DNA from: a virus
Taxonomy: Duplodnaviria > Caudoviricetes
Direction: 5' to 3' (one strand)
IMG/VR virus record: IMGVR_UViG_3300031227_000097
Coordinates: 1-45,404 of that record
DNA length: 45,404 nucleotides
Both the position numbers and the translations under genes were made by a program. Positions 36,237-44,939 of the stretch are shown here, piece by piece. The notes under the pieces are model-generated. The model saw nothing but the letters and a program-made list of their open reading frames with translations, was not told the DNA's origin and ran no database searches. Each line of letters starts with the position of its first letter. Position 1 is the stretch's first letter.

Positions 36237-37322
36237 ATGAGCCAGACATCACCGGTGTGCGGATACACCATAAACTTAGACGATCTTCATTTCACTCCTG
36301 ATGAACTCAGGTCAATGAATGAATTGATTGTAACGGCTGTCCTTTTAGCTCCTGAGCTTAGTGCTTTTCACACATTCGAGACAGGGATTAAAAACGATAA
36401 GCGGATTGGAATTATCCCGGGAACATTCGGGTTGGTAGGGAAGGCAGCACAAGCCTGTGATCCTGTGCCTCAGTGCTATGAAGATCCGGCAGTTGAGAAA
36501 ACATGGGAGCCTCGTTATCTGGAGGTAATCATTGATATGTGTATCGACGAACTTTCCGATACCTTAATGAAGTTATCTCTTAACTGCGGTAATGCTATCT
36601 TTGATCTTACCAAGACAGATGTGTTTACTTTCATTCAGAATATACTGATGAAAGACCTGAAGAAAATGATCTTTCGCAACGCATGGTTCGGAGATCAGAA
36701 TGCAGCCGTTCTTCCTGCTGGAATTTTAACAGCTGGTACGGATGCTGGTTTCTTTAATGTCATTAATGGATTCTGGCAACAGCTCGCTGCTGTGTATGCG
36801 GTTAATCCATTACAGTTAAATGCTATGCCGGGGAACGTACAGCTTACCTATGCTTTGCAGGGTACAGTTGCCACTCCTCTTTTGACTTATAACGCTGTGA
36901 ACAATCTTATTGATAATGCAATATCTGAGCTTGCTGGTCAGCCTGACAGGATTATCCTTGTCACCCGGTCTGTTTTTGACAGACTCCGCAGACAGCTACA
37001 GGCTCTCGGTACAGCCTTTCAGGATTACAAACTGATGGTTAACGGTATCGAGTTTGCAACGTGGGACGGTATTCCTATTTATTCAATCCCTCTGTGGGAT
37101 CAGTGGATCAGGGCGTATGAAAATGACGGAGCACGGTGGAACGATCCTCACAGGGTTGTTTATACCACCAAGTCAAACCTGAAGATCGGTATGGCTTGTA
37201 CATCACTATTTGAGAGTATTAATTCCTTCTATGACCCAAGAAGTCGGTATAACAGGATTGAGGCAGTCGATGCATTCGATGCCAAGATTATTGATGACCG
37301 CCTCTTTATGGTCGGAAGATAA
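36237..37322 (+). CDS. Major capsid protein
   Basis: 361 aa directly after the protease; EKTWEP, AWFGD, INGFW, DGIPI; probable start 36237. Confidence 0.75.
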   Translation: MSQTSPVCGYTINLDDLHFTPDELRSMNELIVTAVLLAPELSAFHTFETGIKNDKRIGIIPGTFGLVGKAAQACDPVPQCYEDPAVEKTWEPRYLEVIIDMCIDELSDTLMKLSLNCGNAIFDLTKTDVFTFIQNILMKDLKKMIFRNAWFGDQNAAVLPAGILTAGTDAGFFNVINGFWQQLAAVYAVNPLQLNAMPGNVQLTYALQGTVATPLLTYNAVNNLIDNAISELAGQPDRIILVTRSVFDRLRRQLQALGTAFQDYKLMVNGIEFATWDGIPIYSIPLWDQWIRAYENDGARWNDPHRVVYTTKSNLKIGMACTSLFESINSFYDPRSRYNRIEAVDAFDAKIIDDRLFMVGR

Positions 37323-37334
37323 AAACTACCGACT

Positions 37335-37973
37335 ATGACAATTGGATGTAATGAAATAGTAGATTGTATTCTTAAGAACTGTGCGAACTTAGTTCCCGGT
37401 GTTAAGGACTTGGCTTATTTTATCAACTATAATCATATTGATAAAGACTTAAGCACGTTTGATCCTTCGAATAAGATGTTATTGACATCTCTCGTACTGA
37501 AGGATTGCTCCCCTGAGGCATACGCTTACTGTGTGACAGGTTATAACTTCTCGAATGAGCATAACACGGCTCTCGTCAAGAAAACCTATCAGAAGGTATG
37601 GGATCATAACTTTATATTTCGGATTTTTGATAACACCCCGGAGGATAAGCTATGGATCGAAAACCTTGCAGGCAGTCGATTCGTTATTATAATCGAGAAT
37701 AATTACAATAAGGTTGATCCTGATGGAGTTCTAGCTACCGGAAGGACAGTCTTTGAAGTTCTCGGATGGGATCAGGGAGTCGAGCTGAACGCCGCAGAAA
37801 GAAATACAGAGGATGAAGAGATGCTCGGGGGCTGGTTACTGACAGCAGGTAGCTCAGATAAGATCAAGGAATCACTTGCTCCTCTGTCTTACTTCGTAGG
37901 TGGTTCTCTGGCTCTTACAAGAGCTGCGATAACCTCAATGCTTGCTGATTGCTGCCCGGACGATTCTTGTTAA
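37335..37973 (+). CDS. Putative major tail (tube) protein
   Basis: PGVKDLAYFIN, FVIIIEN, FEVLGWDQG, GGWLLT; follows the capsid gene. Confidence 0.6.
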   Translation: MTIGCNEIVDCILKNCANLVPGVKDLAYFINYNHIDKDLSTFDPSNKMLLTSLVLKDCSPEAYAYCVTGYNFSNEHNTALVKKTYQKVWDHNFIFRIFDNTPEDKLWIENLAGSRFVIIIENNYNKVDPDGVLATGRTVFEVLGWDQGVELNAAERNTEDEEMLGGWLLTAGSSDKIKESLAPLSYFVGGSLALTRAAITSMLADCCPDDSC

Positions 37974-37994
37974 GCAATAAATAATATAGGAATC

Positions 37995-38111
37995 ATGGCA
38001 AAAGGAACACCATTACATAACGGAGAAGGAAAGGGAACAGGGCAGACAGGCCGAGGTGGCTGTAAGACTCCTAAAGGTACAAGGCAAGGAGCGAACAGAG
38101 GAAGGAATTAA
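37995..38111 (+). CDS. Tiny Gly/Arg-rich basic peptide (38 aa, not in ORF track)
   Basis: MAKGTPLHNGEGKGTGQTGRGGCKTPKGTRQGANRGRN. Confidence 0.45.
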   Translation: MAKGTPLHNGEGKGTGQTGRGGCKTPKGTRQGANRGRN

Positions 38112-38129
38112 TCCCCCCTCTTATTTTAT

Positions 38130-38774
38130 ATGAAACTATATGATGAGATTCATCGTTTTGCCCGGGAATATATTAGCGATAAAAGGTTAAGAAGTTCCGG
38201 GAGGAAGCGTAAGATAAAAGAGGCGTATGAGCGATTAACAGGAGAGAAGATCAAGATTTCATGTAGTACCTGTTATATCGAGGCTTTATTAATAATCATA
38301 AATAATACAAAAATGGCAGCACGAAATTACGAATTAAAAAAAGGAGTCGTATTACAGGCTTTCGGTCAGCCACAAAAAACTTGTACTAACGACAGCTTAA
38401 CGGATAAGCTAGCAGAATGGTATCTAAAGAACTACCCGGAGAAGATTATCTTTTTTTCCAGAGTACCTAATATATACAGGAATATTCCACCTGCTAATAT
38501 TGAGATTGTTAAGCCAGTAGTTAAGGCTAAAAAAGCAAAAAAGAGTAAAGATGTTATTGAGATAATAAATCCGGTAAAGACGAAAAAACCGGATATAGCA
38601 TCTGAGATATTAGCGTCAGCGATGGGAGATACGCTGGGAGAAAAACCAAGCCTCGAGCAATCATATTCTTTTAAAGCAAAGAAATGGATATTATACGATA
38701 AAACAACAGGCAAAGTCATATCGTCTGATGGTAAGAAACAACCCGAAGTACCTGTCCGCAAACGTAAAACATAA
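38130..38774 (+). CDS. Hypothetical basic protein with CxxC
   Basis: SCSTCYIEA; Lys-rich C terminus; TAATG-coupled to the portal. Confidence 0.6.
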   Translation: MKLYDEIHRFAREYISDKRLRSSGRKRKIKEAYERLTGEKIKISCSTCYIEALLIIINNTKMAARNYELKKGVVLQAFGQPQKTCTNDSLTDKLAEWYLKNYPEKIIFFSRVPNIYRNIPPANIEIVKPVVKAKKAKKSKDVIEIINPVKTKKPDIASEILASAMGDTLGEKPSLEQSYSFKAKKWILYDKTTGKVISSDGKKQPEVPVRKRKT

Positions 38775-39931
38775 TGAGAGTCTCCGCTATAAAGACAAAA
38801 CCAAGAGTTGAGCGGGACATCTATCTATCTCATAAGCGGATAAAGGCTTACGGCCTTAATAATGATTATCCTCAGAAAATATTAGAGATTATAAATAGTT
38901 CTGGTACAGGATCAACCTGTATGGATATCTTCGTTAAGTTCGTCGAGGGAGCAGGATTCACTGATAAGGTACTCTCCGAGACAGTCCTTAATACTAAAGG
39001 AGAGAGAGCAGATTCACTACTAAGGAAATTCAGCAAAGATTTAAGTATGTTCAACGGGTTCGCCTGTCTCGTTAAGTATGACGGATTAGGGCTCCCATCG
39101 GAATATTATAATATACCTTTCGAGCATTGCCGTCTGGAGATTGACGGATATAAATATACCGGGAGAGTCTCTATCTATTCCGATTGGACAAATCAGACAG
39201 GGCGAATCTTTAATATGGATGATGTAAATTTTGTTCATAAGTTTGCTCCCGAGAAGGTATTACAAGAGATGGAAGAGGCCGGTGGGCCGGAAGAATATCT
39301 CGGACAGATACTTTATTACACAGCCGATGGCAATTGGGAATATCCTATTGCACCGTTTGATTCTGTTGTTACAGATATGCTCAGTGAGGAGGGATGCTCT
39401 ACGGTAAAATATCGTAATGTCAAAAACAACTTTCTCCCTGCCGGGATTCTGGTAAGGAAAGGGAAGAAGCCGAAGACTCTGGATAACGGTACTATTGATC
39501 CTTATGATCCATATAACCAAGAGATATTTGAGAGTGCCGAAGCCTTAAGATCTGCACAGGGAGATGAGAACGCTTCTAAGATATGGGTTGTCGATGTAGA
39601 TGCAGACGAAGAAGTCCCTGTATTAATCCCTTTTGATGCTAAGAATTATGATAAGGAATTCAGCTATACGGAAAACTCGGTACAGGAGAATATCGGGAGG
39701 ATGTTTCGTGTCCCTCCGATCCTTCGAGGGATAGATATAGGAGCCGGGTTCGGTGCAACACTTATGACGGAGGCTTATAATTTTATGAACTCAATTACTG
39801 GTAATGAAAAGAGGGTACTCAAGACAGAATTTCTAACATTGCTTGAATATTATATGATAAACTTCACTAATTTTGAGATTCAACCTTTAGAGTATATTAC
39901 TACGGAAACAGAAATAAATACAGAAGAATAA
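38774..39931 (+). CDS. Portal protein
   Basis: YGLNNDYPQ...SGTG.TC...GAGF, NVKNNFLPAGIL, GDENASKI, VPPILRG. Confidence 0.75.
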   Translation: MRVSAIKTKPRVERDIYLSHKRIKAYGLNNDYPQKILEIINSSGTGSTCMDIFVKFVEGAGFTDKVLSETVLNTKGERADSLLRKFSKDLSMFNGFACLVKYDGLGLPSEYYNIPFEHCRLEIDGYKYTGRVSIYSDWTNQTGRIFNMDDVNFVHKFAPEKVLQEMEEAGGPEEYLGQILYYTADGNWEYPIAPFDSVVTDMLSEEGCSTVKYRNVKNNFLPAGILVRKGKKPKTLDNGTIDPYDPYNQEIFESAEALRSAQGDENASKIWVVDVDADEEVPVLIPFDAKNYDKEFSYTENSVQENIGRMFRVPPILRGIDIGAGFGATLMTEAYNFMNSITGNEKRVLKTEFLTLLEYYMINFTNFEIQPLEYITTETEINTEE

Positions 39932-40476
39932 TGGTTGCTCTAGTTACAAAAGCCGATCTTGATAACTATAAGCATATCGCTGATAGTGTTAAGAATTCTG
40001 ACTCTTGGCCTCAGTTCGTTTCCGAGGCTCAATTACTTGATGTTAAATATTGGTTAAGTGATCCTTTATTTAGTGAGATTGAAGATCAGGCATCGACACT
40101 TCCTGTCACATATTCCGTAGCAAATTTAGCTTTATTAGACGGAGGAAAATACACATATCTGGATAGGACATTTCGGTTTCAGGGATTAAAGGCTGCAATC
40201 ATATATTATGCTTTCGCTCGATTTATAAACCGTACTATATTTAATTTCACTGCTGCCGGGATAACGATAAAGGATAGTGACCTTTCAACTCCGGCATCAG
40301 ATAAGCAGATACAGAGACTAGAGACAGAGGCGAGACTAACGGGCGATGCCTTGAAATGTGAGGTAGTTACGTTTCTTAATAGGAAGTATGCGGATTATCC
40401 ATTATGGGCTGCTGCCGGATGCGGTTGCCGGGCCGATTGTGCTGATAATAGACCTTTTAAAATAGTTGGAGATTAA
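39931..40476 (+). CDS. Putative head-tail adaptor
   Basis: EAQLLDVK, LLDGGKY, GLKAAIIYYAFAR; follows the portal. Confidence 0.6.
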   Translation: MVALVTKADLDNYKHIADSVKNSDSWPQFVSEAQLLDVKYWLSDPLFSEIEDQASTLPVTYSVANLALLDGGKYTYLDRTFRFQGLKAAIIYYAFARFINRTIFNFTAAGITIKDSDLSTPASDKQIQRLETEARLTGDALKCEVVTFLNRKYADYPLWAAAGCGCRADCADNRPFKIVGD

Positions 40477-40491
40477 TTAAAAATAAACGAT

Positions 40492-40764
40492 ATGCAGACA
40501 CATGGATTAAGTAATATTTTAAGAGAAGTACCGATTGATTTATCACTTGGAGACTTTGAAGATACTGACGGATTCTTTATAAGATCGACAGCAGGAGGTG
40601 ACGTTCAGTACCTTCCGATGAATAATATTGAGGCTTCGGGGGAAACTATTATAAAGACACTCCCGGCATCAGAGAAATTTGATGACCCGGTATTAATCAA
40701 AAAGGTATTTGCCTATGGAGGGCAGTCAATGCTTACTGATCTTTATGCAGGATATGGAGTATGA
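40492..40764 (+). CDS. Small putative structural protein
   Basis: 90-aa beta-rich ORF. Confidence 0.5.
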   Translation: MQTHGLSNILREVPIDLSLGDFEDTDGFFIRSTAGGDVQYLPMNNIEASGETIIKTLPASEKFDDPVLIKKVFAYGGQSMLTDLYAGYGV

Positions 40765-41123
40765 CACTTGTTTATAACATACAACCCGCTGAGATAGATA
40801 TTGAGATTACGCAGAACGATACCCTCAATATGCTTTTCAATGTTCAGAAGTGGAATGAAGTTACTGAGGCATGGGAGGATTGGGATTTATCAGGGAATCA
40901 GATTGACGGACATTTCAGGAGGAAAGATGGATTGTTAATGAAAGAGATAACATCGAGTGGCGTTAGTCCTGAAATAACGATACTTGGAAGCACTTATACG
41001 ATTTACTGTGAAGGGATTGATTTTATTGGCTTTTTGGATTATGATATTCAGGTAACAGACGGCCCCGATACTTATACTTTTCAGAGAGGAGAGGCACACT
41101 TTATAAAAGAACTTACACCATGA
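40761..41123 (+). CDS. BppU-N-like fibre adaptor protein
   Basis: IEITQNDT...WDLSG...YDIQVT....TFQRG. Confidence 0.55.
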   Translation: MTLVYNIQPAEIDIEITQNDTLNMLFNVQKWNEVTEAWEDWDLSGNQIDGHFRRKDGLLMKEITSSGVSPEITILGSTYTIYCEGIDFIGFLDYDIQVTDGPDTYTFQRGEAHFIKELTP

Positions 41124-41971
41124 TACGGATAGGGATAGGAAAAAATTTGAGAATACAGGGGAATGGTGGTTCGCCGTGGACTCCTGAGTTGGATCAATAT
41201 ATTTCAGGTCTCGTAACTCCGTTAAGTAATGCGCAATTATTATTATTGGATATTTTTATCTTAGCTCTTAAAAGTGGATTATCAATTACATCTTTAGCAG
41301 AGGCTTTTGATACGTTTTATATATTAGCAGGAGAAACGGAAGAATCAAGCCTCCGTAATATCGTTCAGGATTTAGCACATTGCACGAATGACGGCACGGC
41401 TGATTTCACTCAATACGAAGGGCTTGCCGGGGATGCGATAGGAAAATATGCCAATACTAATTTTATCCCATCAACACAAGCTGTAACCTATCAGCCGGGA
41501 GATTTATCGTATGGAGCATACACAAGACAGGAAAAAGGAGCCCCCAGTACAGGGAATACATTAGGGAATTTTGACGGAGCGGATAATGATTCCTATTTAA
41601 GTATTCAAAGAAGGGTAACGATAGGAACAGATAAATTAAGATGTTTAGGGCAAGGGCTGACGTATGATTCTCGTCAGAACTATGTTGCAAGTATTGGGAT
41701 GATATGCGGATGTCAAGATAATTTAACACTTTCAGAATATCGAAATAAAATATTAATTGATACGGATGCAGGGGTAGTTCCTTTATCATTACCAGCGACA
41801 AGCCCATTACTTCTTGCATCTCGTACCGCCTTTGCGGTTCCGAGTGCTTTTGATGATGAGGATATCAGTGGCGCATGGTTCGGAAAAAATTTTGATATTA
41901 CAGAGGTTGGAATTATCACAGATGCTTTTGAGGCATATATGGACGCACACGGAAAAGGAGTAATCCCTTAA
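41120..41971 (+). CDS. Putative fibre / receptor-binding protein (LamG-like), paralogous to the N terminus of the next gene
   Basis: MIRIGIG start; FDTFYILA..EESSLRNIVQD..HCT, NTNF, AFEAYM. Confidence 0.6.
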   Translation: MIRIGIGKNLRIQGNGGSPWTPELDQYISGLVTPLSNAQLLLLDIFILALKSGLSITSLAEAFDTFYILAGETEESSLRNIVQDLAHCTNDGTADFTQYEGLAGDAIGKYANTNFIPSTQAVTYQPGDLSYGAYTRQEKGAPSTGNTLGNFDGADNDSYLSIQRRVTIGTDKLRCLGQGLTYDSRQNYVASIGMICGCQDNLTLSEYRNKILIDTDAGVVPLSLPATSPLLLASRTAFAVPSAFDDEDISGAWFGKNFDITEVGIITDAFEAYMDAHGKGVIP

Positions 41972-41981
41972 TAATCCAAGT

Positions 41982-43925
41982 ATGAAATTTAATGTATCAC
42001 TCCAAAAGAATAAATATAGAGTTGTTTCTACTCCGTCCCTTCCGGTCTCGGATTTTGAACAGGAGACACAAGACTATATTAACGGATTAGATATATCTTA
42101 TTCCATAGCATTAAAAATTAATCAACTTGTTTTAGATTTAAAGAACGAACTCAAAATTGCTCAATTGGATGAGGTATTTGATTACCTATATATATTTGCA
42201 GTTGAGAAAGAGGCAATGGCACTCCGTAATATTACGCAGGACGATTATCATTGTACTAAACATGGAAATTTAGCATGGATTCAATTTGAGGGATTTACCT
42301 CGTCAGGGAATACAGAATTCCTTGATACTAATTTTAATGTGGCTTTAGATGCTGTTAACTACACTCAGGATGATGCAGGGGAGGGAATATATATAAGGGA
42401 GAGAGTAGAGGATTCTTATGATATCCCATCAGGGAATTCTGTAAATCTTCCCGGAACTAATGTCACGCAAATATTCCCGAAAGTAGCTGAGTATTTACAG
42501 ATTGCTATTAACAGCACTATCGGGTCTAATCAGTGGAATGTAGCTTATGATAAAGGAATGTATGCCATGTTTCGGGATTCTGCAACTGCCATAAGGTCAT
42601 TTATAAATACGATGCAGATACATGATGATACGGCAAATAACTCCGAGCCTTTATTAAGTCAGCAAGATTATATCTGTTGCCGGAATTTCAACGGTGTTGC
42701 TGATGCTTATTATGATAAGCAAATAAGCATGAAATTCAAGAGCCGAAGCCTTACGGAATCAGAATACCTTATCACAATCAAGGCATTTGAGAAATATATG
42801 CACTCGATTAATAAAAGTGTCACTCCATACATCGAGACTCAAGTCGATAAATCAAGCATTAATTTGATAACAGTATTTCAAAGGGATGTTGATTATCCCG
42901 GTAGGCGATTCCGAATTCCTTTTATTTTAATTACCAATACTAATACATTAATGTGCGGATGTGAGGGAAGGGAAACCTCATCTGATTTTGCGATTGGCGA
43001 TATTGTCTATAAGAAATCAACAGACTTTGGCATTAGTTGGTCAGCAGGTTCAATCCTTATCCCTAATAATGGGGTGTATTTAACAACTCAAGCGCATGGC
43101 TCAAGAGTAGTGAATTGCACTACTCTAAAAGTGGGGAGTCGGATATATATGTTTGCTACGAAGATCGACGATGAAACATATCTTACTTATTACGGATATA
43201 TCCATGATCCTTTATTAATGCAATCAGATTTTGGATATATATATTCGGATGATGATGGGGCAACTTGGTCAGCGTGGAATAATCTTAACGCCTTAAAGAA
43301 TCCCGAAACTAATATGATGAGTCCATCACCCTCTACGAACGGAATTATTATGGAGAATGGTACTTTGGTTGTTCCTTGTTTAGATCACAGATATTCAGCG
43401 AATGAGACAGAGGGAGGAACAGATTGGGGGATCAGGTCGTTTTTAATTTATTCAACAGATAACGGAGCAACTTGGCAAAAAACAAGTATGATCGAGCAAT
43501 TCACAGACGAGGCTACGATCGTCGAATATGAGCCGGGAAAAATATTTTTAAAGAGCAGGAATTTTAGTAAGTATTACCGGGTATATACAACTAATGACTT
43601 GGGTGCAACATGGATTCAATCAGCATACGATAAAAAATACCTTGAAATATCATGCCAGACGTCACTTATTAAATATATATATCGAGGGAGAACCCGTTAT
43701 TTTATGGCGTCTCCGTATTATTGGGCAACCCGTAAAGATATTCGGTTAAGAATAAGTGAGGATTTAATAAATTGGGGCAATGTTCATCAGCTATGGAAAC
43801 CTATATCAGCTGGATATACCGCAATAGACAATAATATAAATGGCAGATTATTTGCTTGTTTAGAAGATTCACTTGATATTGACGTATGGGACTTTTCGGC
43901 TTTCAAAGAATACCTAATAAAATAA
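41982..43925 (+). CDS. Fibre module fused to a GH33-like exo-sialidase
   Basis: FRIP motif; Asp-boxes STDFGISW, SDDDGATW, STDNGATW, TNDLGATW, SEDLINW; DEATIVE, SRN, TRKD, GYT. Confidence 0.85.
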   Translation: MKFNVSLQKNKYRVVSTPSLPVSDFEQETQDYINGLDISYSIALKINQLVLDLKNELKIAQLDEVFDYLYIFAVEKEAMALRNITQDDYHCTKHGNLAWIQFEGFTSSGNTEFLDTNFNVALDAVNYTQDDAGEGIYIRERVEDSYDIPSGNSVNLPGTNVTQIFPKVAEYLQIAINSTIGSNQWNVAYDKGMYAMFRDSATAIRSFINTMQIHDDTANNSEPLLSQQDYICCRNFNGVADAYYDKQISMKFKSRSLTESEYLITIKAFEKYMHSINKSVTPYIETQVDKSSINLITVFQRDVDYPGRRFRIPFILITNTNTLMCGCEGRETSSDFAIGDIVYKKSTDFGISWSAGSILIPNNGVYLTTQAHGSRVVNCTTLKVGSRIYMFATKIDDETYLTYYGYIHDPLLMQSDFGYIYSDDDGATWSAWNNLNALKNPETNMMSPSPSTNGIIMENGTLVVPCLDHRYSANETEGGTDWGIRSFLIYSTDNGATWQKTSMIEQFTDEATIVEYEPGKIFLKSRNFSKYYRVYTTNDLGATWIQSAYDKKYLEISCQTSLIKYIYRGRTRYFMASPYYWATRKDIRLRISEDLINWGNVHQLWKPISAGYTAIDNNINGRLFACLEDSLDIDVWDFSAFKEYLIK

Positions 43926-43927
43926 TC

Positions 43928-44335
43928 ATGAGTGACGAAACAACAGCAGCTTTAAAAAGCCTCAATAAGACAAACCGTGCCTTTCAGTGGATATTGGGAG
44001 TCATGGCTTCTGTGTTTGTAGCACAGTTAACAATATTTGGATCGTTAAAGGCAAACGTAAAAACTCAGTCAGAAACAATAATTACGATTCAGAAACAAAT
44101 GGATTTTCTCGGTAAGGATTATGTCCCTACATGGTTTCTTGAGGGGATGTATCAAAACATGACATATCAGACGGAAGAAATTGTTGCTACTATAAATGGA
44201 GATGGAGAAAAGATTAAAGATATCAATGATAAATATACTGTATTTCAAAAAACAATGCTGAATAATCTTATTCAACATTGGGGAGGGAGAACGAATATTA
44301 CCCGGAGTGCAAAATCACAAACATTAGAAGAATGA
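43928..44335 (+). CDS. Single-TM coiled-coil protein (holin/antiholin-associated)
   Basis: FQWILGVMASVFVAQLTIFG; probable start 43928. Confidence 0.55.
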   Translation: MSDETTAALKSLNKTNRAFQWILGVMASVFVAQLTIFGSLKANVKTQSETIITIQKQMDFLGKDYVPTWFLEGMYQNMTYQTEEIVATINGDGEKIKDINDKYTVFQKTMLNNLIQHWGGRTNITRSAKSQTLEE

Positions 44336-44532
44336 ATAAAAGATTTAAAAACTGGAAAACAACAGTCATGGGAATTATAATATTCGCATTTGGACTGTTT
44401 ATGTGGTACGCTGGAAAGGTTGACACATTTGGAGGATTAAGCCTTATTCTTTTAGGATGGGTTTTCTTAGCAGCAAAAGATACATTAATCGAAGGTATCA
44501 CAGGAGGACTATTTAAAATCAATCCGAAATGA
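44332..44532 (+). CDS. Holin (two TM segments)
   Basis: MNKRFKNWKTTVMG...AAKD; directly before the endolysin. Confidence 0.7.
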   Translation: MNKRFKNWKTTVMGIIIFAFGLFMWYAGKVDTFGGLSLILLGWVFLAAKDTLIEGITGGLFKINPK

Positions 44533-44939
44533 AATGGGTTTTGAGTCGGACATATAGGGAAAAGCAGACAAGCGGATGTCTTTATGTATTTGACGGAGAT
44601 CATTCATTTTTTAATTGTATTACTCTGGAATTGCCGTATAAGAATAATCAGAGGAATATCAGTTGTTATCCTCCCGGGATTTATCCGGTAAAAAAATATA
44701 AGAGACCGAATGGTAAATGGAGTTTTCTAGTACAGAATGTTCCGGGAAGATCAGGGATATTATTCCATGCAGGAACATATATTGTCATAAAGAAGCCACA
44801 TAGTGCAGGATGTACTTTGGTCGGGTTCTCTTATGAGGATGTAAATAAAGACGGATATATTGATATCATAGATAGTAATAAGGCTTTACAGATGTTATTA
44901 AAGATAATGCCGGACACATTTCAACTTCATGTATTATGA
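44529..44939 (+). CDS. Putative endolysin (DUF5675-like, L,D-transpeptidase-type fold)
   Basis: TLELPYKNNQRNISCYPPG.Y, VPGRSGILFHAG, SAGCTLVG. Confidence 0.75.
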   Translation: MKWVLSRTYREKQTSGCLYVFDGDHSFFNCITLELPYKNNQRNISCYPPGIYPVKKYKRPNGKWSFLVQNVPGRSGILFHAGTYIVIKKPHSAGCTLVGFSYEDVNKDGYIDIIDSNKALQMLLKIMPDTFQLHVL

